Source of the DNA: Lingula anatina
Taxonomy: Eukaryota > Animalia > Brachiopoda
Direction: 5' to 3'
Assembly: GCA_051362555.1 (NCBI GenBank)
Contig: CM120645.1
Coordinates: forward strand, 10,168,001-10,232,000
Length of the DNA: 64,000 nucleotides
Below are positions 39,801 to 51,882 of this stretch, piece by piece (positions within the stretch are counted from its first letter, which is position 1; the number at the start of each line of letters is the position of its first letter). Under the pieces are notes generated by a model that was given only the letters and a program-made list of their open reading frames with translations, ran no database searches and had not been told where the DNA came from. Both the position numbers and the translations under genes were made by a program.

Positions 39801-42549
39801 TGCCTAGACCCTCTAGCATTTGCTTAGCACAAATTGACAATAAATCCATGGAAATAATATGGTCTAACACAAACATTGCTACTGCTATACATTAGACTCT
39901 AGCAACAATTGCAGTAGTTGTTCTAATCTCTCACAAACAATCACAGCTTTCTTGCTGTACCCATAATAATTAATTTATATAGACACACTGTTTTTAAAAC
40001 GAACTGTTTTGCAGGACTTTTCCTGTAAGCCCCCTTAAAAATCATCCATCTCAAAGTCTCAAAGGAATATCATCAATTACTGTTACAAAGTTTTAGCAAG
40101 GAAAGTGAATATACAAGAAATGCAGGTAACTTTCTATTAAGAGTCCCATGCTGTGACTGACCTGCTGCGCGTCTGCTCACTCTGGAAGCATACACAGTGG
40201 GTCTCCTCCCCTCCATTGTGTGCTGGTTTAAGCCAGATATTGCATGGGAAGGTCCACTCCTGCTCCTCAAGGGGGTCATACAGCTTAATGTTGTCCAGGT
40301 GCCTGAAGGGAGATCAGTAACACACTTCACGTACACTTAAAATGGTAAAAGTCATTCATTACTTTTATCTTTACTAATATTGTGTAAGTGAGTAATAGAT
40401 ATTTCAGGAGAAAAGATAAATAAATAAAAAAATAAAGGGAAAAAAACTCACCATTTGGCTTTCTTCCCCTTTCCCTTCTGAGTGATGACCACATGGGACA
40501 TTTTCCCAAGGGGAGCTGTAAGAACAATAGACATTTCAGTTTCACAGCATATTGTCATTAGTAGTAATCCTTTGGCATACATTTACATCAGTTACATGTA
40601 GATATCACAGCTGCAACAAAGCCTAAGCTACTGAAGTTGTCAAAATGAAAAGATTGAAAAAATTGTCGTAAAAGGTTTCTATTGTAGAAAAATTTCCAAA
40701 TGGCAACTGAAAATGAAGATTCCATCTTCTATAATAAAAATAGTCCTATTTCCAAACATACCTTGTGTGTAGACCAGAAACATGTCCTTCTTCCCACGTT
40801 TCAGTATTGGCTGTTCAGTGTCATAGGCTGAGAGTCGGTACCTTGCTGAGGAGCTGGTCTCACTGTACAACTGTACATCTATCTTGGCATTAGTGCCTGC
40901 ATCTGAAAAAAAAAAAAAAAAAAAAAAAGATATTAAATTATTTGAATCAATATCATATATGGGTATGAATTTCCTAAACCTTTTGTACAATCGTTCAATA
41001 TCTATTTTTAAAGATGATTTCAATCTTGATAACAATATAAAAATAAGGCATCAGCTCAAGACAACTCATTTACAAAAGCTATATTTACTTTTTCAGTCCT
41101 TTTTTTCAGCTGGCAAATTAAAAGTTGTTTTAATAAAAAATTAACTTCATTTTATCATCTTTAAGAAAATAAAACCCTAGTTAATACAAACATCTCCTTG
41201 TTGTAGATGTAGCTTACCTTTCCTTAGACCAGTTGTTACAGTCATAATGTAGGCATATTCTGCTCCAGACTCAGCAGGGATGGTAATTATTTTGGACTGA
41301 AGATAAATTTAATGAAAACAAGATAAGGTAAAATAAAATTGTGGATGATATGCATAAAAAATAATAGTAATATGTAAAAATCTTTCTTTAAATATTTGAT
41401 TCCAACTTAAAATTATGGCAACAATTATGAGAAAAAGCTGTTGAATTTATTTATCTTGTTGTAATTTGCAAAACCAAGTTTATTCCCCCCTCCCCCATAA
41501 AAAAGTGAAAAATAATGCTATGAATTGTTAAGGTTAGTACCTTTCTTCGCCTTTTAATCATCACTACAGGCAGTAGGATGAGAAAGGGGATAAGGAATAC
41601 GCTCAAAAGCAATGTGTTGTGCACAACTGAGCCACTAGCAGTAAATGTAGGTAGTGGAATGTACATATCAGAATGGATTAAGCTGCCACTCATTACTCCA
41701 TGTAAAGGAACAGATGAAACTAAAGAGCAAAAAATAAAAAATAAAAAAATAAAAAAAAAGAAAGAAAGAAAGAAAAAAAAGAAAATACAAATCAAAGAAA
41801 ATAAAATAAGAGGTGAATAATATTTGTAAATAAAATATACTTTAGAATATTTAGATAGAAACAGAAATAATAAAGACTAAAACTATTAAAAGAGGAAGAG
41901 AAATAGAAAAGAAAACATGCAAGACGAGAAATCAAGAAAAAAACCTAAAATATATAACAATCATCAACAAAAGAGAGATATGACTAGTGATTGTTTATTC
42001 CTCAGAGCCTCACCTGTTGCTTGAGCATGTGGCAATCTATCATTCTCCACAAAAATGTCATAAATTGGGCCTGAGCTGGGATTCTTTCTAGCTTGGCCCA
42101 TACCGCTGGCTTCAAAATTGACACGAGGCAATGGAAGGCCAAAGCCTGAAATTAAAAATCCACATAAATCAGTGAATCTACTATCTAATAATGATTTATT
42201 TCCTGTAATTTTTAGGGGTATGGATTTATGTTTAAATATTTTCTGAGGCACGCTAAATCTATGCGGTCACGTCCTTGACAACGGTAAACAAACGATGATT
42301 GACATCTTAAACCTTAATTTTTTTAATTCCTGCAATAGGAAACAGCAAAAGTAAACTTCAGTGGCAGATAATTGTTATCTGAATGCACTTTAACTTATAA
42401 AAATGCTGCTGATAAATGGAATTTCCAAAACCTTCGAAATAAAACGAAAACTCACCGCCTCGAGCAATGGCCAAAACAAATAGGAACAACAGTAACTGGC
42501 GTGAAATATTTCCACCAGAATGACCAGCTGATCGTATTAGCTTGATCAT
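36857..42549 (-). CDS. Mini-polycystin-1-like protein copy 1 (signal peptide, short ectodomain, TM1, PLAT/LH2, TM2-3, long loop, TM4-5), 825 aa, 13 coding exons (42456-42549, 42014-42145, 41541-41719, 41218-41296, 40762-40902, 40452-40515, 40162-40302, 39001-39650, 38599-38776, 38253-38456, 37856-37957, 37518-37687, 36857-37200)
   Basis: GT-AG introns phase into a 2478-nt ORF. PLAT: YAYIMTVTTGLRKDAGTNAKIDVQLYS..LKRGKKDMFLV..PLGKMSHVVI..WHLDNIKLYD..WTFPCNIWL. PKD1-family post-PLAT motif FHLWVNAV. TM4-5 motif KKLPHYVLY..SYRW..FIFEPLKV. The start codon could lie in a small upstream exon (~42625-42675). Confidence 0.8.
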
Positions 42550-42676
42550 CCTGTTCCTTATGCAATCAACTCGCTAACAAAATAAACTAATTATTCACAG
42601 ATACTCTATTCTTAAAGAAATACTTGCAAAATTGCAACATGAATAAAAGACGGTAGATTCCGTTCGTCCATCCATG

Positions 42677-42710
42677 TTTGCGCGCAAATTCGTCTGCTTA
42701 TGACGTCATA
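42677..42710. promoter_or_regulatory. Promoter palindromes: TTTGCGCGCAAA (E2F-like) and TATGACGTCATA (full CRE)
   Basis: At 42677-42688 and 42699-42710, just upstream of copy 1; conserved at 50780-50813 and 57708-57741. Confidence 0.6.
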
Positions 42711-43982
42711 TTAGGGCCGAACATAAAATGTAGAACGCAAAAAAAAAAGTTACTTCATAAATAAAAGTAGTTTTTTGTTTAACGGAATTTGAAAATTTTA
42801 CAGAATTGTATGAAAAATAAATCAACTCCTCACATTTTGTACAATAACTGAGATTGATGCAGCATAATACCAATAGTTCACAGGAATAGCGTTCTAGATT
42901 ATTCTTCTTTTTATATCTCAAAACTCTTTTGCTTTTGGAGGCAACTTTTCATCCGTCACACAGTTACCCAAAACGAATAAATTATATTAAATTCCTTTCT
43001 TCTAGGACTCAATTTTTTTTTAAGAGAAGGCACACAAGCCGAAAGCTTGGTCTCTTTTTTCTGTCATAGTTGATTTTTACAGATGCGATTTTAATGCAAT
43101 TATTTGTTGCTTACACCTATGAATTTTATAACTTGGTGGCACAACATCAACACAGCGTATTAAACAGGGTCATCAGTTCAGGAAGTTTCAAGACAAAAGG
43201 TAAAACAGTTTTCCACTTATCGTGTTACTGGCGAAAATGCACGGCGATGTTGACGGCTATATGTACAGACACAGCTGTATCTGTCATAAAAAGGAAATAA
43301 AGAGCAAATACGACAAATAAAAATGATAATCTTTATTGTTTCTGGCACAAAGTAATTGATTGGAGACTGATCTGGGTCAACATGACCTCACTCACTAAAC
43401 AGTATACTTAAACTTTAAAGTGCAGATATACAGTACTGTGCAGGTTTTGTAAATATGCTTCTTTTTTTCCAGAAAAAAATGCATACAATAATAAACCACA
43501 TGATTGAAATAGTCAAATATATTGAAATGGACGGAATAATTTAAAATGCAGTAGCTTTTTAAAATAGTATCACCAAATTTTTGCATATAAGTTATTTTTT
43601 ATTTTTTATTTTTGGATGATTCTGCATTTTGTGATACTAATATGAAATAAAAATGCACAAAGATATATCACATAAGCGCTGTTTAAACAATCATTCTGAT
43701 AAATACTCAATATAGGTCGTCCATCTTCTAATGAGAAGTAAAAACTGACAGTTTATTTATTTGATCCTATTGTAATAAAACTGGTACCTTTGTTTATTTT
43801 CGTGGTTAAGATAAGATTTCAGTTTGTACTACTTGCTTTCATTCTGTTTTCTTTTGAAGAGAAACTTTTGACAGTGTGACAAATTGAAAAACAAAAGTTG
43901 TCAAAAACCCAGTGCCGAGGATTGAAAATTTCAGTGAAAGTCAACTACATCCTCAGACATTCAGCAAAGTGAGTATCACAAG

Positions 43983-46900
43983 TTATCTATTATTTGCTGC
44001 TGGGAACACAGCTCTGTAGATGACAACAGAGGCCACTTTCAGGGGTTCAAAGATGAACACCTCCTCCAGCAGAGCAAACACGACAAGACAGGCCCAGCGG
44101 TATGAGCTCTCTGTGGTCAGCTCAATCATGTAGATCTCAGTGAAGAACAGAGAGATGAAGACAGAGCACAGGAGAAGGACAATAATGATGTAAAGTACAT
44201 AGTGTGGGAGTTTCTTCTTCATCTCTCCTGTTGTCTCCATCTCTAGCTGAAGTAGCTGGGCATCAGTTAACTGCTGTGTTGATGTTAGAGATGGTTTTTT
44301 GAGGTCATCACCAGGGCTACCATCATCTGGAGTATTTAATATAAATATTCAACAAAAAATGACAATATACAAATATCTTTTTAGGTTCATTTAAAGGGCC
44401 AAAGAAAAATAGAAACTAAAGCATGTTCAATTATGATAATCAAGGAAATGATATTAAATTAAGTAACAATTTTTACAATTGATGTTTTCACAGAGAGCTA
44501 TGTTTTGTAAAAGAAATTTACTGAAGGTTAATTTTTTAAAATATTAAAAAAATTTGATTTATTTATATTTATTTGAAAAGAAAAGAAAGGTTAATCAAAT
44601 AACACTAAATGTAACTAGAGAATATATAAAAGTTGGACAAATATCAATAAAAATGCAGTGACCAAAGATCAATGCTGATATTGTACTATATCAAAAGAAG
44701 ATTTTCTAACATACATGTACATCAAAAAAGAAGTACACAACATACCATCTTCCAGGTGAAGCACAGCATAGGCAGACTCAAACACAGTTGCCATGCTGTC
44801 CTGGTTGATGGCGCCATCTACCATGCTACCTTGTTGTACAACGTTGCCATGGGCAGAAATAGCACTGGCGTCATCTCTGTAATTGGAAGAAAGATTTCAC
44901 AAAAATAAATAAATGAACAGTATGTGAAAAACCAAATAAAACAAAGTAATAATAAAATATGAATTAATTACAAAAGATGACTGAATAAAATAAGAAATAG
45001 AATAATAAAATAAAAATATAAGTCGCCTTTCCCGTCCCCTGTATTAATTACCTTGCTGTCATGTTGGTGTTGCCAGTCTCAGGATCACCACTGGTGCCAT
45101 TGCTATTGTTCATGTTGTCATTGGTCTGCAAGATGCTGGTATCAGACTGTGACCTGGGATGATAACAGATAACATACAAAATTATAAATTATAGACATAT
45201 TTTGGACACGCTCGGCTGTCACCTTGATTGGATAGTAAACGATTGTCGTAAAATCGCTAAATGATATTAAAACCGGGTGCATAAACTTGAAAACCACCTA
45301 CAACAACCTTGGACTGCCACATTAATCCAATACAATGCAAACATAAACTATAACAAGTGGTTAAAGCCTTCAAACCGAATGTCGTAAAGTCCCCATATAC
45401 CTCCATAGAGACAATAAAATAGAATGAGCTTCTGAAACAAACCTGATCCAGTTCCAACAGAATAATCGAAATAAAATACTGCCGGGCATCGGAGCGGCCT
45501 AAAACTTGGCACGCTTACCGCTAATACTGCAGGCTACATCATCCCGTCGCTCGTTTGTAAATTCCGTGCATGGCATACGCACAATCAAACCGTAAAAAAC
45601 AAATTCTCGGGGTGTCGTTGGCTAGGTCCACTCAACAATCCAATTCAGGAAATGACGTAACCGCAGAGGTCGCATTGTCCAATGGCATGGCTTCTTTTTC
45701 GTAATGGTAGGTTAGAGTGGACCTGGCCAACGACACCCCGAGAATTTGTTTTTTACGGTTTGATTGTGCGTATGCCATGCACGGAATTTACAAACGAGCG
45801 ACGGGATGATGTAGCCTGCAGTATTAGCGGTAAGCGTGCCAAGTTTTAGGCCGCTCTGATGCCCGGCAGTATTTTATTTCGATTATTCTGTTGGAACTGG
45901 ATCAGGTTTGTTTCAGAAGCTCATTCTATTTTATTGTCTCTATGGAGGTATATGGGGACTTTACGACATTCGGTTTGAATGCTTTAACCACTTGTTATAG
46001 TTTATGTTTGCATTGTATTGGATTAAAGTGGCAGTCCAAGGTTGTTGTAGGTGGTTTTCAAGTTTATGCACCTGGTTTTAATATCATTTAGCGATTTTAC
46101 GACAATCGTTTACTATCCAATCAAGGTGACAGCCGAGCGTGATTTTGGAGATGACATACATGTAACTAAACTGAGATCCAACCTTAATTAATTAAATTTG
46201 AAATTGTATGCAAGTGCCATCAGCAAAATCTTTTACATAATTTTCATGCCTTATTGAAAATTCCTATTTGAATATTATGTTTATATACAAACTGCTATAT
46301 GTGTAACAATTGTAAACACCATGTGAAATTAACTTATCTTGAAATCATCACTCAATACAGCATCAAATATCACTAGATATAGGTAATACATACCTCTGCA
46401 GTCTGATATCTTGGCAAACTCTTGCAGTGGAGGTCTCTACATCCATGTGGCTGAGGCATTTCTTGGCAAGGTTCTGCCTCATGAGTTCAGTCTTGGAGGC
46501 CAGTGACACCTGCCTGTTGAATGGCATCTCCTCCCTGTTGAACACCATGGTGTGGCGTCTCTGTCTCTTCCCTGGCCCAGCAGATGGGGGAATGGGGCTG
46601 GAAGATGTGAAAAATAATAAATTATGGCAAAGAATTACTCTATTTTTATATACTATAACTATAATTACAATACAATTCAATTAGTATGATGTTGATTAAA
46701 TGAAGTGTGGAGAGTTTGAGAGTAATTACCGTACCTGATGATGGCATGGGAAGACAGTGCCTTGGTTGGCATTTCATCCATCTCCTCAAAGGGCATATCA
46801 CTGGGCTGCCAGGCTGACAGCAAGGGCTGGGGCTTGTCTCCAAGGGGGGTGTTACTCAGGTTGAGCTGAGAGTCCTTGGCACTCACAGAGCCCCTGGCCA

Positions 46901-49822
46901 CTTTGGGAATGGCTGAAATACAGGATGTTGATTTATTTTTTGAAAGATGATGCTGGTGTTTCTTTCAATATCAGTTAGTTCTTATACCAGAAATGATTCG
47001 GAAAATCATGACAGACATTGAGACCTATTCTAAAACTTGGAAATATGGTCATTTCATGACAATTATGCTGACAACTTATAAAAATTCAACCAATAAGAAA
47101 ATTATTGATCAGTAACAGTTCAATTGATGTAAATACCTGAGGGTTTAAAATCCTCCAGCTTCTGTTCCCCACCACAAGCTGTGTAAGTCAGTTCCACAGG
47201 GATATCTGCAGTGTCCAGTACCTCACTGAGAGAAGCTCCATCATGGACCTCAGCCTCCACCAGATACTGGTCCTGGCCTATGGAGACCATGGTGTCATCC
47301 TCCACACCATCACTGGCTGGGATGCCTGCATCTCCAGAGAGAATAAAGGCCTCCTCATCATCTGGGGGAGCATCCCTGCAGGCTTGGCGGGCCATGCTGA
47401 TTCTTCCTCCTCCACCAGTGTCAGGCTTGTCAGTCCATCCCAGGGGGTCCATGTTGAGGATATCATACATCCAGCAGAGGCGTTTGGTCACCGTGTTACA
47501 CAGAGTGAACTCCACCAGGCAGTTGAGCAGCTTGATGACAAAGTGGACACCAAATGCAATGATGAAGAGGTCCCCAGACACCAGCTGTTTCTCACCACTG
47601 ACAGGCTGTGGGGAGGCCACAGTGAGCAGGATGTTCCCCAGCAGGTAGTTGACATACAGGGAGAACAAGGTCAGGACTGTGAGAGGACGGGACAGGGTGC
47701 AGAGGTGCTCACGTGGGCCTCCAAATACAGCGTTTACCCACAAGTGGAACTGGAGCAGGTTGGAAGTGATGGTGTTGAACAACCAGCTGAAATGTGAACA
47801 AAGGGAGGCATTATTAAATTTCACTCAAAGCACACTGTGATATGTTTTTTCATGTCAAATAGCTATAGTCTTAATAAATTCTTAATTTACTTATTTATAT
47901 TTATTTACTTTTAATTCTAAGCAATGCTTAGACCTTCTTGCATTTGTCTAGCACAAATGGACAATAAATCTATGTAAATAATATAGTTAAACACACAGAA
48001 TGGTACTGCTATACAAAGACTCTAGCATCAGTTGCAGTAGTTGTTCTAATCTCTCACAAACACAATCACAGCTTTCTTGCTGTACCCATAATTTATATGG
48101 ACACACTGCTTTCAAAAGGAACTGACTCTGTTTTCCAGGACGTTGCCTTTAAGCCAACTTAAAAATCATCCATCTTAAATGTCTCAAATGACATACAATA
48201 CTGTTACAAAGTTCTAGCATGGAAAGTGAATTTACAAGCATTACAGGTAACATTTCAACTGACTAAGAGCTCCATGCTGTGACTGACCTGCTTCGTGTCT
48301 GCTCACTCTGGAAGCATACACAGTGGGTCTCCACCCCTCCATTGTGTGCTGGTTTAAGCCAGATATTACATGGGAAGGTCCACTCCTGCTCCTCCAGGGG
48401 ATCATACAGCTTAATGTTGTCCAGGTGCCTGAAGGGAGATCAGTAACACACTTCACATACACTTAAAATGGTAAAAGCCATTCATTACTTTTATCTTTAC
48501 TAATATTGTCTAAGTGAGTAATAGATATTTCAGGAGAAAAGATAAATAAATAAAAATAAAGGGAAAAAAACTTACCATTTGGCTTTCTTCCCCTTTCCTT
48601 TCTGAGTGATGACCACATGGGACATTTTCCCAAGGGGAGCTGTAAGAACAATAGACATTTCAGTTTCATAGCATATTGTCATTACTAGTAGTCCTTTGGC
48701 ATACATTTTATCAGTGACATGTAGATATCACAGCTGCAACAAAGCCTAAGCTATTGAAGTTGTCAAAATGAAAAGATTGAAAAAATTGTCAGAAAATGTT
48801 TCTATTGTGGAAAAATTTCCAAATGGCAACTGAAAATGAAGTTTCCATCTTCTATAATAAATATAATCCTATTTCCAAACATACCTTGTGTGTAGACCAG
48901 AAACATGTCCTTATTCCCACGTTTCAGTATTGGCTGTTCAGTGTCATAGGCTGAGAGTCGGTACCTTGCTGAGGAGCTGGTCTCACTGTACAACTGTACA
49001 TCTATCTTGGCATTAGTGCCTGCATCTGGAAAAAAAAAAGATATTAAATTATTTGAATCATATATGGGTATATATGTCCTAAATGTTTTGTACAAATCGT
49101 TCAATATCTATTTTTAAAGATGATTTCAATCTTGATAACAATATAAAAATAAGGCATCAACTCAAGACTACTCATTTACAAAAGCTATATTTACTTTTTC
49201 ATTTCTTTTCTTCAGCTGGCAAATTAATAGTTGTTTTGATAAAAAATTAACTACATTTTATCATCTTTAAGGAAATAAAACCCTAGTTAATACAAATATC
49301 TCCTTGTTGTAGATGTGGCTTACCTTTCCTTAGACCAGTTGTTACAGTCATAATGTAAACATAGTCTGCTTCAGCCTCAGCAGGGATGGTAATTATTTTG
49401 GACTGAAGATAAATTTAATGAAAACAAGATAAGGTAAAAAAATTGTGGACGACATGCATAAAAAATAATAGTAATATGTAAAAATCTTTCTATAAATATT
49501 TGATTCCAACTTAAAATTATGGCAACAATTATGAGAAAAATCTTGTTGCAATTTGCAAAACAAAGTTTATTCCAAAGACCCCCCCCCCCCCCCATAAAAG
49601 AGTGAAAAATAATGCTATGAATTGTTAAGGTTAGTACCTTTCTTCGTCTTTTAATCATCACTACAGGCAGTAGGATGAGAAAGGGGATAAGGAATACGCT
49701 CAAAAGCAATGTGTTGTGCACAACTGAGCCACTAGCAGTAAAAGTAGGTAGTGGAATGTACATATCAGAATGGATTAAGCTGCCACTCATTACTCCATGC
49801 AAAGGAACAGATGAAACTAAAG

Positions 49823-49853
<31 letters not shown>

Positions 49854-50652
49854 GAAAGAAAGAAAGAAAAAAAAGAAAATACAAATCAAAGAAAATAAAA
49901 TAAGAGAAGGTGAATAATATTTGTAAATAAAATATACTTTAGAATATTTAGATAGAAACAGAAATAATAAAGACTAAAACTATTAAAAGAGGAAGAGAAA
50001 TAGAAAAGAAAACATGCAAGACGAGAAATCAAGAAATGAAAACCTTCTAAAATATACAACAATCATCAACAAAAGAGAGATATGACTAGTGATTGCTTAT
50101 TCCTCAGAGCCTCACCTGTTGCTTGAGCATGTGGCAATTTATCATTCTCCACAAAAATGTTATAAATTGGGCCAGAGCTGGGATTCTTTCTAGCTTGGCC
50201 CATACCGCTGGCTTCAGAATTGGCACGAGGCAATGGAAGGCCAAAGCCTGAAATAAATAATCCAAATAAATCAGTGAATCAACTATCTAATAATGATTTA
50301 TTTCATGTAATTTGTATGGGTATGGATTTATGTTTAAATATTTTCTGTGGCACGTCTATGCAGTCACGTCCTTGACAACGGTAAACAAACGATGATTGAC
50401 ATCTTAAACCATCTTAAGTTTTTTGAAAATTCCTGCGATAGGGCACACCAAAATCAAACTTCAATGGCAGATAATTGTTATTTTAAAGCACATTTACCAA
50501 TAAAAAAGCTGTTGATAAACTGAATTTCTAAAACATTCGAAATAAAACGAAAACTTACCTCCTCGAGCAATGGCCAAAACAAATAGAAACAATAGTAACT
50601 GGTGTGAAATATTTCCACCAAAATGACCAGCTGATCGTATTAGCTTGATCAT
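43983..50652 (-). CDS. Mini-polycystin-1-like protein copy 2, ~812 aa, apparently intact
   Basis: Same 13 exons as copy 1; large exon 47137-47786 is 650 nt; 39-nt in-frame deletion in the penultimate exon relative to copy 1. No stop or frameshift seen. Confidence 0.78.
45207..46141. mobile_element. 935-bp foldback element with ~430-bp near-perfect inverted arms and an 8-bp TSD
   Basis: CACGCTCGGCTGTC...GACAGCCGAGCGTG flanked by ATTTTGGA (45199-45206, 46142-46149). Mirror ORFs 45257-45457(-) and 45891-46091(+). Empty site in copy 4 at ~59941-59948. Confidence 0.92.
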
Positions 50653-51882
50653 CCTGTTCCTTGTGCGATCAAGTCGCTAGCAAAATAACCTAATTATTCA
50701 CAGATACTCTATTCTTTAAGAAATACATGCAAAATTGCAACATGAATAAAAGACGGTAGATTCCGTTCATCCATCCATGTTTGCGCGCAAATTCGTCTGC
50801 TTATGACGTCATAGTACGGCCGTATCTAAAATGTGGAACACAAAAAAATTACTTCATAAATAAAAGTAGTTTTTTTGTTAAATGATATTTGAAAAATTTA
50901 CAGAATTTTATGAAAAATAACCAATCTTATCGTTTTGTACAATATCTGAAATTTATGCAGCGTAATATCAAATAGTTCACAGGAAGAGCGTTCCAGATTA
51001 TTCTTCTTTTTATATCTCTGAACTCTTTTCTTTTGGGGGGCAAGTTTTCATCCGTCACAGATAATTACCAGCAATACGAATAATATATTCGATTCCTTTC
51101 TTCAGGGACTCAAAAAATTTTAAGTCCAGACACATCTGTGTTTGTGCATAAAAAGGAAATAAAGCAACTACGACAAATAAAAATAATAACACAATATATA
51201 AAAATGATAATCTTTATTGTTTCTGGCACAAAGTAACTGATTAGAGACTGACCTTGGTCAACATGACCTAACTCCCTCAACAGTATACTTTAAGTGCAGA
51301 TACAGTACTGTGCAGGTCTTGTACATATGCTTCTTTTTTTCCAGAAAAAATGCATACGCATACAATAATAAACCACATGATTGAAATAGTCAAATATTTT
51401 GAAATGGATGGATAATTTAAAATACAGTAGCTTTTTAGAATAGTATCACCTAATTGTTGCATATCAGTCATAGTTTTTTTTTTTTTTTTTTGAATGACAG
51501 TTGTATCTTAATAAATAATTCTGCATTTTGTGATACTAATATAAATAAAATTGCACAAGGATATATCACATAAGTGCTGTTTAACAAATCAGTCTGATAA
51601 ATACTCAATAGGTTAATTGTCCATCTTTGAATAAGAAGTAAAAACTTACAGTTTGTTCATTTGATCCTATTGTAATAAAACTGGTACCTTTGTTTATTTT
51701 TGTGGTTAAGATGAGATTTCAGTTTGTAGTACTTGCTTTCATTCTGATTTGTTTTTTGAAGCGAAACTTCTGACAGTGTGACAAATTGAAAAATGAGAGT
51801 CAAAAATCCAGTGCTGAGGATTTGAAAATTTCAGTAAAAGTCAGCATCATCCTCAGACATTCAGCCAAGTGAGTATCACAAG

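Noticed and set aside
45257-46091. Mirror-image 66-aa ORFs on opposite strands
   Set aside because: Consequence of the foldback inverted arms; no coding signature.
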